Below, piece after piece: positions 27,737-41,779 of a stretch of 64,000 nucleotides of DNA; position 1 is the stretch's first letter; every line of letters begins with the position of its first letter. Both the position numbers and the translations under genes were made by a program. Where the stretch lies: NCBI GenBank assembly GCA_951406725.2, contig OX597815.1, positions 37,386,001 to 37,450,000 of the forward strand, in the 5' to 3' direction. Source of the DNA: Octopus vulgaris. Its lineage: Eukaryota. Under the pieces are notes generated by a model. That model saw only the letters and a list, made by a program, of their open reading frames with translations. It was not told where the DNA came from and did not search any database.

Positions 27737-27900
27737 GGCAGGCTTCTATCAGTTTCCATCTATTAAACCCACCCACAAGGCTTTGATCGACCCGAGGCCT
27801 CAGTAGAAGACAATAGCCCAAGGTGTTATGCAGGAGGACTGAACCCGGAATTATGTGACTGAGAAGCAAATTTCTTAACACACAGGCACGTCTGCACCTA
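27500..27900 (-). mobile_element. SINE family B, diverged
   Basis: Reverse complement of the family B head (gcccaaggtg...ggactgaacccgg) and tail (atgctggggcaccgcc). Confidence 0.85.
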
Positions 27901-28691
27901 TATCGATGAAAATAACCAAACATGAGAAATAACTTCAGTGTTTGTGATTTATCACCAAATATGACATCTCTGCTTTTGCAAAACTAATAAAAGAATTGTA
28001 ATGTTTATACAGTATACCGATATTATTATCATTTTTTCAATAACTCATAATGTATTTAGCTTTTTGATAAACGAACCGTTGATATGCTGTATCATTTATT
28101 GGAGTTATTAACAAAGATACAACAGTGAAAGCGAAAACGATTTAATCTTGCTGCATGACAGTATGTTATTATCATTATTTTCCACTGTTTATGTACTGGG
28201 TAGAATAGCAATTTGTCTTATTGACAAATGGATCATAGATTGTACAAGAACTATAAAATTGCTCTCAACTATTTCAATGCAACTTTTCAATATCAATCAA
28301 ATGAACTTTGTCTGATTTTTTGTGTTGTAATCTAAATGAACTCTCAAGACATTTGCTGTGTACTTACTAGTTCCAGCTATTTACAAAAGATTTACATATT
28401 TTCATTGTACATGATGAGGAGCCTTCATTGATATATTTGCTTAAAGTCTAATGATGGGCCAGTCATGACCAGGGAAACTAATCTCCATCTTGACAATGGT
28501 AGGTTATATTATATCTTAACTTTCAAACAACCACCATCAAATTTCAGATGTTGCGTTTCCCACAAAAGTATACTTCACTAACTGATGCTTGCTCATTATA
28601 TGTAGGTTCAAGATACGCTTCGTATTATAATAATGTAAGACGCTCGGTAAAATCTTTCATATTGTGATATTGTGATACCTTGTGATAAGAA

Positions 28692-28920
28692 AGCGGCGAG
28701 CTGGCAGAACCGTTAGCACGCTGGGCGAAATGCGTAGCCGTATTTCGTCTGCCGTTAGGTTCTGAGTTCAAATTCCGCCGAGATCGACTTTGCCTTTCAT
28801 CCTTTCGGAGTCGATAAATTAAGTACCAGTTACGCACTGGGGTCGATGTAATCGACTTAATCTGTTTGTCTGTCCTTGTTTTTCACCCCTATGTTTAGCC
28901 CCCTGTGGGTAATAAAGAAA
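28692..28920 (+). mobile_element. tRNA-derived SINE, family A, full length
   Basis: gcggcgagctggcagaaccgttagc...gttctgagttcaaattccgccg...cctttcggagtcgataaattaagtaccagtt...aataaagaaa. Confidence 0.92.
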
Positions 28921-29574
28921 CAGATATTACTAGATGTACATTTATATATATATTCTGAGGAGTATTTTTCAAACTTACTTAAAATCAAGTATTACCAAAA
29001 AATTGTCTGGGGAATATGATAAGATTAAGATTGTTAAGGACTTTTCAAAGGACACAATAAAATAAGTGAAATAAATTTGTTTTGTCTAGCTAGAGAGTCA
29101 AAACTAGATAGCAATTTACACCTTTGATAACGTCGTGGAAGAAACTGAGTGTTCACTTGCAGCGAGGCGTGAAAAATATAACGTTTCAGGTTCTTTGCTT
29201 TACGTCTAACTATGTGGGTCGAAACGTTGATTTCTTCACTCCTCATCAACGCGTAATCTCTTTTGAAATGATCGCTGCCAACGCACACCCACAACAGTTC
29301 CCTCGTACATTAGATGTAACAATGTTCTTATATATTATACATACACGCTCACACAAATGCACGCGCACATACACGCAAACTCACAAACACACACGCGCAC
29401 GCACACACACACACACACACATTCACACACACACACATTCACACACATACACAAATTACTTTTCAGTTTGAAGGTGTTCAAGTCAATGTTATTTGCTTTT
29501 CTTATCATTTAAGGTGAATAATGAAAATGGGAGTCTTAGATAATATTTGATAAGGTTAATAACATTCTAATACT

Positions 29575-30325
29575 AATTTCGCTTTTGGATTTGGTTTGCA
29601 AGATTCTTTATTTGAGTTCGTGTGTTGAAGCATATTTTGTTGTATCTGGGGAGGGCCATCACCTTTTCCAGCGACCACAACTGCTTAACCTCCCAAGCTA
29701 ACCTATTATATCTATCGACTTTTTTCTTCCTAATCGCATACCTTGTTGTCAGCTAGGCATGCTATATCTACGATCTAGCATCGTTTGCTTTCTTTCTCAA
29801 TTAAGACTATGTCTGGTTTTCTATTCTCTTTCTAATGGTCGCACTGAATTATAAAATCCCATAGGAGCTTTACATTATCATTTTCGATGATGCTATCGGG
29901 TTTATGTTCGTACCACTTTTTTCCTCTGTCAAGTCCATAGTTGTTGCAAAGTGTCCAATGGACAATCCTTGCTATATTGTCATGACGTCTCTTATATTCT
30001 TTCTGGGCTAGTGGCGTACATTGACAGGTAATATGCTATACGGTTTCACCATTTTCTTCGGAAATTCTGCACTTATCACTTTCTGATGTGCTGTATTTGA
30101 TGTAATTCGTTCTTAATGCTTGCAATTGGGCACACAGATTAGAGCCTCCGTTTCTGGTTTTAAATCACATTTAGTTGTCCATAGCCATATTTTTTTCCTG
30201 TCTGTCTTATCTTCAACATCCCTATGAAATTGTCCATGCATTCTTTTCTTTATCCACCTATTTTCAATTTCATTCATTCTCAAGTCCTTGTACAGTGCTT
30301 TATCTTTGCAACCTTCCAATATTTG
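29575..30325 (-). mobile_element. 3' fragment of a third R4/Dong-like LINE
   Basis: KRMHGQFHRD...CDLKPETEALIC, ETV.HITCQC.PLAQKEYKRRHDNIA, WYEHKPDSIIENDNVKLLWDF. Confidence 0.85.
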
Positions 30326-30333
30326 GGTTGAAT

Positions 30334-30530
30334 ACTTTCTTTCTGTCTTTCTTTCTTTTCTCTTTCTTTCTTTCTTTCTCCCCTCCTTTCTTTATTTCTT
30401 CCCTCCTTTCTTTCTTTCTTTCTTTCTTTCCTTCTTTCTTTCCTTCTTTCTTTCTTTCTTTCTTTCTTTGTCTCTCTGTCTCTCTGTCTCTCTCTTTCTC
30501 CTCTTTCTCTTCCTTTCTCTCTTCTTGTCT
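30334..30530. repeat. (TTTC)n/(TC)n polypyrimidine tract
   Basis: Direct reading. Confidence 0.95.
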
Positions 30531-32245
30531 GTATGTCAATGGGTTTAACTTTGATTATCACATTCTTGAGGTCGGTAAGTCTAGTAGCGGTGGTCTAAAC
30601 CACAAAAGAATTTATTCGAAGCAAAAATAAATTGTCTTTTTTCTTTGAAGTCTACAGAAATAGTCTCGATGACTTTCAAGGCGAATAATTTTTTTACTAT
30701 GCGACATCTGTCAACTATGTTGCAATTTCTGCAATATTTTATATACCGTTTCGTTAAAAGTCTTGTTAATTGATTGTCGTTAGTATGTTTGTTACGACAA
30801 GCCTAACTTGGTCGAGCTTGTTAAATGACGTCGGATGACTCGTGACAGTTCCATTTAAAACTTCGTCTGACAAGCATCGAGTAATCTTTTAATGAGGCTG
30901 CTTTGCTGTTGAGATTGCAATTTCTCATTCCTGTCACAACTCATGTAGAAAGTTTTGTTCATGTACAGCAGAATTTTTTTTTTACTTTACCTCTAAGCTT
31001 CATGCCATTTCAAGATTTTAACATTTAATCTTCTGTCAAATATTTTAGGTTGCTTTAACTAATAACTGATGTGCATACAACGAGAAATAAAATCGATTTA
31101 TTAAAGTTTTAGATAAATATCAAACAACATTCATAGCTACATTTTCTTATAAACATACATACTGTGCAGGTACGTTTAGACATATCAGGTATGTATTCGT
31201 CATATTGTATGTTGGTATGTATATATTTGTACATAAACACACACACGCTCCCCTTCACTCCCTCTTTCTCTCTCACATACCACACACATACGCACACACA
31301 TACACTCACAAGCGTGGGTTATTTAGTCATATCAGTATAAATGAAAAATATCCCATTGTCGAAATTCACCATATATCTCATCAGACGCTAGAGGCGCAAA
31401 ATGCTTATCATTATATAGAAAATTACTTATATCTTAAGTATTTGGTTCGATGATCTTCTATTATTTTGTGTGTGATAGAAGAAACAGTTTATTGAAACAT
31501 TGGTAAATTCATAGACTTTTTGTTACAAGAGAAACAATGGGAATGAGAGTATTCAATGTGTTTCAGAGAATGGGAAAATGTTAGGAGCATAAAACCGAAA
31601 TGCAATAGGAATGACGAGAATACTAGAAACTATTGTAGCTGTGATACAAGAAGCAACTGGAAGATCCATCTTCTGGGAAATGATGTATATGATAATAAGT
31701 ACCATGCTGTGAAATGATTTTCTATTCGTGAAAGATGTACAAGTATGCAGTTTTATGTGATGTAGTAAAATATACATTGTACCAATACGCCACAAAGGGA
31801 CTGAAACTGTTCAAAGGTAAGGACATTTTTAGGCAGGAAGAGACAGCGTTAATTTAGATGCTCTTTTAGCCAATGTATAAATGTGTGGTCACCACAGAAT
31901 CTGTAATTGTATTGTATAGTATCTTTATGAGTGATCTGTATCTTAATGCATAAGGAAGATATTGTGGTTGCATATATTCTTGATGTGAATAGTGAATGTA
32001 TTGTGTTTTTTCTTCAAAATCTGTTCATAGAAGTTATTTTCAACTAATATGATTCATGCAAATTGCTATTGGATCGTTGTCGGTGCAGAAAGTTGTTAGA
32101 ATGGGAAAGAAATAGCTATATCTGATAAAATATGTAATTCAAGTGATAAACGAGATATAGCTAATAAAATACTATTATTATTATTTACAGTATATATATA
32201 CATATATATATATGTGTGTGTGTGTGTCGGTGTGTGTGTGTGTAT

Positions 32246-32312
<67 letters not shown>

Positions 32313-32375
32313 TATATATTCATATACATATATATATATACACTATAAATAATAATAGCATTTTATGAGCTTAAA

Positions 32376-32573
32376 CTTATAGCGATAACCGCGCAATGAC
32401 TGAGGAAAAAAATCTAATAATGGGGCATATAAGTCCTCAACACAAAAAAGTAGGCTTACCAGTACGTGTGGGATCGAACCCAGGTACAGGAAAACCTACT
32501 TTTTTCTGTCGAGCGCTTATATCCCCCATTATTTGACTATTTTTCATAGTAATTGCGCGGTGATCGCTATAAG
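32376..32573. mobile_element. Foldback/MITE-like hairpin (79-bp arms, 40-nt loop)
   Basis: 32376-32454 is the imperfect reverse complement of 32495-32573. Confidence 0.7.
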
Positions 32574-33854
32574 CATATACGCACTCCTATATGCATATGC
32601 ATTCGCATATACCTGTATATATGTAATAGATAATCAACTAGATAAAAATATAAACATTCCTTCGGTGTGGAAAAAGGAAAGTGAATCCTTACGGATCTTT
32701 TCCCTATTTGCTGATAACTCAGCATGGAAGACATGTCCAGTGTCTTTCACAGTCGATAGTAAGGGGTATCTAGCTTCTACACAAGGCAGACGGCAATAAA
32801 ACTTTTACCGTGGTAGATAACATTAGTTCCATGTCTCTGCTTTCGATAGCTGGTCATTGGTGCTAGTATGGCGTAATTAGCAAGTTGAAAAATGGTAAAC
32901 TAAATCATCAATGTGCTGCGTCTTTTGCTATTTTCTGATACAATCATTTCTCTGTCATAGACATTGTGTTCTAGCAACTATATTAGCATAAAAGGACACC
33001 ATAAAACGGATAAAAAATACTTTTGTTTAGTTCAATCCGTACTGTATGGTAGATAACGCAACGGTCTTTGTTGTACAAGAAATTATCTTTCAAGAAAACA
33101 CCGTCATAAAAGTACCAAAGCTCCTGAATATATGATAGTTTTAAGACACACAAGATTGAGGTTAGAAAATATTAGCTCGTAAAACTTATAATAGGAAATG
33201 TTGAAAGATCTGGGAGATGCTTTCACACACATATTTTTAAATATCTGACAGCTTCTCTCTTTATCTCCTTAAATCTTCCATTTGATGTTGAAAATTCATG
33301 TAAGCTGACTTTAAAAAAAAAGAGAATATTAAATAAATATACTTATAGAATAGACACAATTATTTGTCAGCAAAAGTTTGAAAAATACGAATGGGGTTCC
33401 ACAATCAGCCTAATGTCAATAAGACAAATATGATGGTTCTATTTTTGTTTTTGGTTCCTGCATTCGGACATCTAAAATTGCCAATTGTCGAAAGCGCGAG
33501 CTAATTCTATTAAATAACAAATTATTTACTCTAAATGTAATTTCCAACAGAATTGCACATTTTCATTTACTTGCTTCCCATTCCAAGTTAATTTCTATCT
33601 GAAAATTAAACCACGAATGTAATTATATTTTTATTAAATACACACATAGATCAATATTTACACACAAACACATGAGTGCACACATCTATATATGAGTGTG
33701 AATATGTACGGCTGTGTGCAATGGTGTAGTGGGGATACATTTCGGTTTTTCATATGTATGTACATAAATATATACTGTATAACACACATATACATACACG
33801 TTTGAAACAAGAAGTGATGTGATTCTGTGTATGTGTGCGTAATCTATATATATG

Positions 33855-33900
<46 letters not shown>

Positions 33901-34074
33901 TGTATATGTATGTATATATATATGCGTGTGTGTATGTATGTATATATGTATGTGTATATATATGTATATAAACATAACACACGCGGACACACACAGAGCC
34001 CGTGACAAATACAACATACTCACACACACGCACTCACACATACAGGCATATGCACCCCCACGCATACGTATGCA

Positions 34075-34600
34075 CACACAGTCCGACCTCTCCACTTCGC
34101 ACATCTTCCCTAACCGACTCCTCCCCTCCTTCAAACCAGCCCACAACCTACGAGACCTCTTGGTCCACAGCTTCTTCCCTAACCCAACCTCCCAACCCGG
34201 CTCGTTCCCCTACTCACGCCCCCGCTGCCGCACCTGCCCTTACCTCTCCAACACCGCCTTCCTCACCAGCACCCATCATCGACCCTATCACATCACCGAC
34301 TCCTTCACCTGCACTTCTACCAATATTATCTACCACATCTCCTGCTCTCTCTGCCATTCTCTGTACATCGGGCAAACGGGACGCCGCCTGACTGACCGGT
34401 TCGCGGAACACCTCCGAGACATCCGACTCGGCAATGACACCCCGATCTCACGCCATTTTCGCTCTACCGGTCACTCTTTGTGACACCTGACCGTGTTCGG
34501 ATTATCCTTGGAGAGGGGCCATCCGGATTCCCGTTTGCGCCGTGAACAAGGATTAATCTTCTCTCTTTGCTTCTTTGTACAACATGGACTCAACTCTCCT
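34075..34600 (+). mobile_element. Penelope-like element fragment (GIY-YIG endonuclease)
   Basis: NLRDLLVHS, RCRTCPY, FTCTSTNIIYHISCSLCHSLYIGQTGRRLTDRFAEH, ISRHF. Confidence 0.92.
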
Positions 34601-35347
34601 CCCCACTTCATCTAAGATCCTCTCCTCGCCTCTCTCCCCCTCACAAATACATCCTCCCACCCACCTCTCCTCTCTTGCTGCAACTCCTATTTCTCTTCCC
34701 TCCTCTCTTGCTCCAACTCCTATTTCTCTTCCCTCCTCTCCTATCTTCTCTTCACTCCTACCTACCTCCCTTCTCCTTCCTCCCTTCATCGTCACCCCTC
34801 CTTCGTAAGCATTCATATATATATATATAAGCATACACACAGACACACACACAAACACACACACATATTATGTATTTGCTTGTGTATTCAAACGTTGAAG
34901 TGTGTCAAAAGGATTAGACAAGTGCTCAACACATGTTATATAAAATATGGATTATTGAAATTAAATCTTTATCTCGCGATTCGGGTTTTACATCACTCTC
35001 TTATATATGTGGAGTCATACATATCTATTTCAAAGATATGTCCCATCCATGACGTTACATCTATAACTAAACCGTCTGTTAGATTTTACTATCCCTTTCA
35101 AAAATCTTTTCTGGGTCAAAAATAAATCGTGATATCCTTATCTTGTGTGATGTCACACCCAAAACACATCGTAGAAATCTATTGTACACATTTTGTGAAT
35201 AAATAGAGAAATATATATCAAGTTGATAAAACTTAAGTGACTAGAAACTCTATCACATATGCGTAACATCAAGGCTTTAGAATTTAACAAATAATGTAAT
35301 TAATGTGTAAATTAAAGAAGACCAAACTATTTCCGTGTTTCATAGTA

Positions 35348-35907
35348 CAGTAGTCACTTGCCATATCATGGTTCACTTATCGCGGTTTATTATTTGAGCT
35401 TAAGCCAATTCCTCTGTGGTGTTGTTCTGCATTTATTATAAAATATATACAAATTATAAAAATAAAAACTATATACTTGGGCAAGTGTCTTCTGCTATAG
35501 CCTCGGGCCGACCAAAGCCTTGTGAGTGGATTTGGTAGACGGAAACTGAAAGAAGCCTGTCGTATATATGTATATGTATATATATGTATGTGTGTGTATA
35601 TGTTTGTGTGTCTGTGTTTGTCCCTCTAGCATTGCTTGACAACCGATGCTGGTGTGTTTACGTCCCCGTCACTTAGCGGTTCTGCAAAAGAGACCGATAG
35701 AATAAGTACTGGGCTTACAAATAATAAGTCCCGGGGTCGATTTGCTCGACTAAAGGCGGTGCTCCAGCATGGCCGCAGTCAAATGACTGAAACAAGTAAA
35801 AGAGTAAAGAGTATACAGTACTGTTTGTACTTCGCGGATTTTCGCGGATTTTCACTATCGCGGTGGGGTTTTGGAACGTAATACCCGTGATAGTCGAGGG
35901 ATTACTG
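35348..35907. mobile_element. Tigger/pogo-like MITE with a nested SINE
   Basis: Termini ta-CAGTAgtcacttgccatatc and (reverse complement) CAGTAatccctcgactatc. Confidence 0.55.
35476..35812 (+). mobile_element. SINE family B, 5'-truncated
   Basis: Starts at cttgggcaagtgtcttc and ends in the aaagagt tail; matches 19358-19693. Confidence 0.9.
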
Positions 35908-36998
35908 CACAATATTTTACGCATTATTTACTCTATTCAACTAAAGAGTAAAGAGTTAAAGCATGCTTCATTGGTTTACTTCCGAAACTTTCGTTGCTCT
36001 CTATTTCAGTAAGATATAATAGCAATAATTATTGAACTGGAAATTTTTTGCTGTAAGCAGAGATACAAATTTTCGATAATTTTTTCTTTTACGCTCCATA
36101 ATAACTGACATACATAAGATAGTTAATGATCAATACATCATTGTGTAAATTTAATGAAGCACTAAATAGAACACATCTCATAAGAATATCCAAGAGGAAA
36201 CCGGTCTTCACGAATTTCATTAGCCATATTGAAATGCATGATTGTATTTACAGGTATTCACTACTCAACTCCAACGCAATTTGTTTCTGAGAAGAAATTA
36301 TTGAATTCATTTAATCCCTTGTTACTTGCAGCCTTCTAATCAGCGCCAAATTTATAAATAACATTTTCTATTGAGGAATGAATGACAACGTAGGCCTCAA
36401 ACCACAACCTTTAAATACTAATTGTGGTTTACTTTTATAAAATGATATGACTTGATAGATACAGTTTTGGCTGAAGGCTAAGTGTAGTTACAAATATTGC
36501 ATTATGTATTTCGTCGAAGCGCATAACTCGACATAAACTACTTCGAATTAAATACCAAGAGAGATAAAAAAAAATGCTTGTATTGAATAATATTTTTGAT
36601 TACTGATTAACTTCTCCAATAACAAATAAATTGGAAAATAATGGTTAAGTTGGGCAAATTACAAGATATGAAGAGAATTAAATATTTCGAACTTGAACTA
36701 TACAAAGAGGATTCAACTCAAAGGTTCAGATGGTTAAGGGTATTTTACATTGCACGCACGTACGCAGACGTGTTTGTATGTACATACTCACACATATAAA
36801 CATACATTGCACACACGCGCACAGGTCCGTTGTAATATACAGCGCTAATATTTCCTTTAAAGTGACACTAGGACCTTATTTTATGAGGGGAAAAATCGAC
36901 ACACTCCTATCTATCCGTATTCACACCCATACATAACACACACACAGACACACACACACGTGTATGATATATATGTATATGTATGTATGTATGTGTGA

Positions 36999-37045
<47 letters not shown>

Positions 37046-37052
37046 TAGTTAT

Positions 37053-37399
37053 CACCATACTAATATGGCAGTCTATAAATATAAGACTAAAGCTGTCGCT
37101 GATTAGCTCCAAGAGGCCATCGCCTCTAGCTAGCTATACGACACACGAACCTGCGTCCATTATAACCTTCGAACAGGGGAGGTCAGCCGCTACACCTTGC
37201 TAGTCAGACATCTGCAGACATGTTTCAGGGTTGTTGCCCTTTATCAATGCAGAGTAGTCAGACCCGCAGGTGTCGCTACTGACCGTCTGTTCGAAGATTT
37301 TATTTACCTAGTTACTGTGGAATACATCCACTTGTTTTCAATAATAGAAATATTAAAATTATTAAGTCTCTCTAAAGGAGATTACGGCAGCGTTACTGG
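37053..37399 (-). mobile_element. Retrozyme-like non-coding element flanked by a 14-bp direct repeat
   Basis: atattaatagttat at 37039-37052 and 37400-37413; internal long hairpin carrying a hammerhead; no meaningful ORF. Confidence 0.65.
37211..37253 (-). ncRNA. Type I hammerhead ribozyme with U3-A8 core variant
   Basis: Minus strand: tctgca-TTGATAA-aggg/caacaa/ccct-GAAAC-at-GTC-tgcaga; perfect 6-bp stem I, 4-bp stem II, palindromic stem III ACATGT. Confidence 0.82.
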
Positions 37400-37487
37400 A
37401 TATTAATAGTTATACAGTTTTAATTTCAAACTTACACCTTCTGTTTTGAACATGACAATTTATCAACATTGAAATGTTTTAATTTAA

Positions 37488-37629
37488 TTTTGATTTGTCC
37501 ACATTGAAACTTATAACGATGTTTTTACACTTTTACCATTGATAAACAAAAAATATTGAAATATTTAATTAGATTTTGATTTGTCCGCATTGAAACTTAT
37601 AACGATGTTTTTACACTTTTACCATTGAG
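37488..37629. repeat. Short direct duplication of about 55 bp
   Basis: ttttgatttgtcc(a/g)cattgaaacttataacgatgtttttacacttttaccattga occurs twice. Confidence 0.9.
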
Positions 37630-37755
37630 AAATATATATATATATATAAATATATATATATCTACATATATATATATATGTATATATATATATGTATATA
37701 TATATATATGTAGATATATATATGTATATATATATATACATATATATATACATAC

Positions 37756-37807
<52 letters not shown>

Positions 37808-37869
37808 ATATATGAGGACGTTAAGCCTTAAATTTGTGGAAACAAATTAGAATGTGTAAAATAAATTCA

Positions 37870-38543
37870 CATCTTTAAGGTATTAAGGTCATAAAGAAAA
37901 TAGAGACAAATGGGCAGAAGACTCCATGAAGTTAAATTTTTCAAAAGTCCTCTTTACTGACAAATGCCATGCTACCCTAGACTAACCAGATAGGTGGAGT
38001 AAAGGATGGGTTACAATTAGCGCAAATCGTCCTCATCGTTTCAAACGCTAACAAAGGAGAGGCGGAGTCATAAATTGGGCTGGCATCATTGGAGACAAGT
38101 TGGTTGGTCATTGGAAAGTTGGAGACAGAATAAAGATGACATCTAATGCCTATGTTTCCTTTTTAAGGGACAATTTTAAGCCATGGTTGAAGAAGCAGAA
38201 ATTTTCATTAAATAGAAGGCTGGTATTCATGCAAAATAATGCGCGTTCCCATGCAGCTATGAAATCTCTGGAATACCTACAAGAACCAGGGTTCTCTGGA
38301 CACCGTTTGATGAATTGGCTAGCGTTTTTACCCAACTTAAACTCATTTGAAAATCTACAGAATGTTCTGAAGAGGAAGATATATCAAGTTGAACGACAGT
38401 TTTCAACGAAAGATGCGCTCTGGGAAGCTATTGTGGATGCTGCTGACAGTATTACACCAGATGAAGTAGTTACCTTGACAAATTCAATGGATAAACGCGT
38501 CAGGGACGTTCTCTCATGTGGAAGATCATACATCCATCATTGA
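37870..38543 (+). mobile_element. Tc1-family (DD34E-type) transposase pseudogene fragment
   Basis: FSKVLFTD, GGVINWAGII, VFMQNNARSH, LMNWLAFLPNLNSFENL (decayed WPxxSPDLNPIEN), LTNSMDKRV. Confidence 0.88.
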
Positions 38544-38915
38544 CTATATGACATCATATTTCTTGTATTATTTTCATTCAAACATATTATGTTCATTATA
38601 AAGTCTGTTATGACTATATTTGTTAAAAATTAATTATCATATTAAATAATTGTTTGTTTTTGCATAATTAGAATTTTTATTAAACCTATCTAATAATCTA
38701 GGACGTTAAAAATGATGCCTATTAACAAAAGTGGCCGTTATTTCTTTACGTATGGGTGGCTCAAATTCCTTTGAGTACAGTGCATGCAGATGGGTGTTAT
38801 CATCATGCAGGAGAAAAATATCTGGATTCGAACGAATAAATACTGTTATTGAGGAAAATCTGAGCCGCCTATTAATTTGACACGCTGTGTAGATTCTACA
38901 CACACACATACACGT

Positions 38916-38956
<41 letters not shown>

Positions 38957-39047
38957 AGTAAATGGTTGATAAAAAGCAGTTATCCAGACTGTTAGTATAC
39001 GGTAATCTAGAAATGGGAATGATATATAAACATGAAAAGTACATTAA

Positions 39048-39197
39048 TATCCTTTGTACTGAGGCACAAAGCCTTAAATTTGTGAGGTGGGGATTAGTCG
39101 ATTATATTGACCTCAGTGTGTCACTTGTATTTAATTTATCGACCCCGAAAAGGTGGAAAGCAAAGCCGACCTCGGTGGAATTTGAACTCAGAACGTA
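39048..39197 (-). mobile_element. Partial SINE family A-related repeat
   Basis: taatttatcgaccccgaaaagg...gacctcggtggaatttgaactcagaac. Confidence 0.75.
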
Positions 39198-39692
39198 GAC
39201 AATACAACCTGTAGGCAACGAATTAGTAAAAAGACTCTCTTTATTACAAAATGCAGACCCCTTTTGAACGCATCTACAACAAATGACATATTCACTATGG
39301 CCTTAGAATAACACAAACACACACGCAAATATTAAAAATGATACATTCAAGAGATTCCTAAGAATTCATTTAAAAACAGTCCAAATAACTTCTATGATCC
39401 ATAACGAGTCACTTTTAGGTCACTTGACTATTTAACATCCTACTACTATCATGGCACCTACATTCCTTCTTATTCTCCCTTCTCTTTCACTTTCTTCTTC
39501 TTCGTCTTCTTCCTTTTCGCCACCTCCTTCCTAACTTAACCACTATTGCTGTTTAGAATAACACCTACGCAAATTTTATAAACAAACCATTCAAAAGAGA
39601 TGTCTCAAGAATTCAATGACTACTACCATCCACAACAAGTCACTTTCAGGGCACATTTAACATCCTATTACTGTCATGGCACTCCCGCGTTC

Positions 39693-39713
39693 TTCTTTTC
39701 CTCCTCCTCCTCC

Positions 39714-39754
<41 letters not shown>

Positions 39755-39814
39755 CTTCTTCTTCTTCTTCTTCTTCTTCTTCTTCTTCTTCTTCTTCTTC
39801 TTCTTCTTCTTCTT
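39693..39814. repeat. (TCC)(TGT)(TCT) compound microsatellite
   Basis: Direct reading. Confidence 0.97.
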
Positions 39815-40059
39815 CCCTGCCAAGTATCCACAACGACCTCGAAACCACAAGTGTAAACAAGAGAGACAGAGACAGACAGAAACAAGGAAAATGCCACTTA
39901 TATTTGAATACTATGCAAGTATTCTTTTTAAAAAGATGTTTTAAACTTCCAATATTTAATTGTTTTCCATGCTTACAGTTGAAAAAGTCTCATTGACTGA
40001 AACCGGCACTGAAATGTTTTTAATAAAATTATTTTAGCATTTTCTATCTTTACTTTTTT

Positions 40060-40115
<56 letters not shown>

Positions 40116-40297
40116 ACACACATACACACACATACACATACACACACACATATATATATATATACATATATACACATATATGAACTTTCGAGATGAGCGA
40201 CTGTGTTAATATTGTATTTATTCCTATATACGCCAATAGAAACACACGCATGCACACGCACACACACACACATGTATGTGTATATATATACATGTAC

Positions 40298-40360
<63 letters not shown>

Positions 40361-40363
<3 letters not shown>

Positions 40364-40800
40364 GGTGTCTCCCCACCCAAAATGCATTCTCACCATAAAT
40401 AATTGTAAGGTAGGTGTTTATAAAAAATACATTTAATTTTCAAAATTTAATAGAATCTACAGACATTATTTTATTGTATTGTCAATGCCTGCTTCTAAAC
40501 TGACGTTCGTTCTGGTCCAGGCATTACTGACAACGCGAAGCAATGGAATCGCAAACATCACAAAACAATACGTTTGATATTTGCGTGTATTCTCGTTCAG
40601 TAGCTGCTCTCAAATCGGCGATAGGTATCTCCATAAAAAAAAGTCTTGTTCTGTGAAGTCTGATAAATACGGAGGATATTCAACGAAACCCCTTCGTCCA
40701 ATCCACCTATTTGGAAAGATTTCACCAAGGAAGAATCTAACATTGTGATTGTAGTGTGTGCGTGTGGTGGGGATCAGTGTCATCTTCTGCTGAACAAATA
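40361..40800 (-). mobile_element. Tc1/mariner (rosa/maT-like) 3' fragment
   Basis: Terminus ta-CAGGGTGTC; minus strand encodes FPNRWIGRRGFVEYPP..SDFT (decayed RWIGR..WPPRSPDLTP). Confidence 0.7.
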
Positions 40801-41149
40801 AATAAATAGCATTTTAACCAGTCGGAAACGTTAATTCACTTTTTCTCAAATATTTGTTCTCTTAAAATATTTGAGAAAAATTATATAAACGTGTCCGACT
40901 GGGTAAAATTCTGCTTATTTATTTGTGCAGTTGACGATGGCACTACATTTAAATTAATGTTATGATTGCATTGTTCAATTAAATGGAGCCGCTTGAAATG
41001 GTCGTACTGCATCACTACTTGATATTCTGTTGCTTGATTTCATTCACCTTATTTCGGGCTGAGTGGATAATACTGGAATGACTTGGTACTTCAACTTAAG
41101 TACTTAATTCAACTGAATCTCACTTATTTCTGAACTCGTCAACCAAACG

Positions 41150-41304
<155 letters not shown>

Positions 41305-41779
41305 ATATACATGCATTTATATATATATATATATATATATCTTTTGAACGAGAACTGGGAGTTTACTTAATAAGAAGGTATGTGTCTGTCTTCATAGATA
41401 TTCTCATATCCAACTGTAGCATTATTTGATTGTAAGAACTACCTAGACTTGATTAATCCCATGTTACTTGCCGTCCATAATTAACATAATCAACATAAAT
41501 TTTAGAATACATACTAAGCATTCAGAATCCCAAGGTATATTACAATGTAACCATAATTTAGCAAATTGCCACAATAAATGCCAAGATGTTCTCTATAATT
41601 ATGCCGACTCCAGAAAATATATATTATATAGGTAAATATACAGTAAGATTCAATAATATACAATATGGTGGTCACAAGCCTGCTGGCTGTCCCTTCTCTG
41701 TTCTTCAAAAATTTAGAAATAACGACCAGGCATTATGAAAAATATGGCTAAACTTTTCATAAATGCTTCAAGTGAGAAA

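Noticed and set aside
31553-31795. Hydrophobic 80-aa ORF, a possible membrane-protein exon
   Set aside because: No recognisable family motif or convincing splice context
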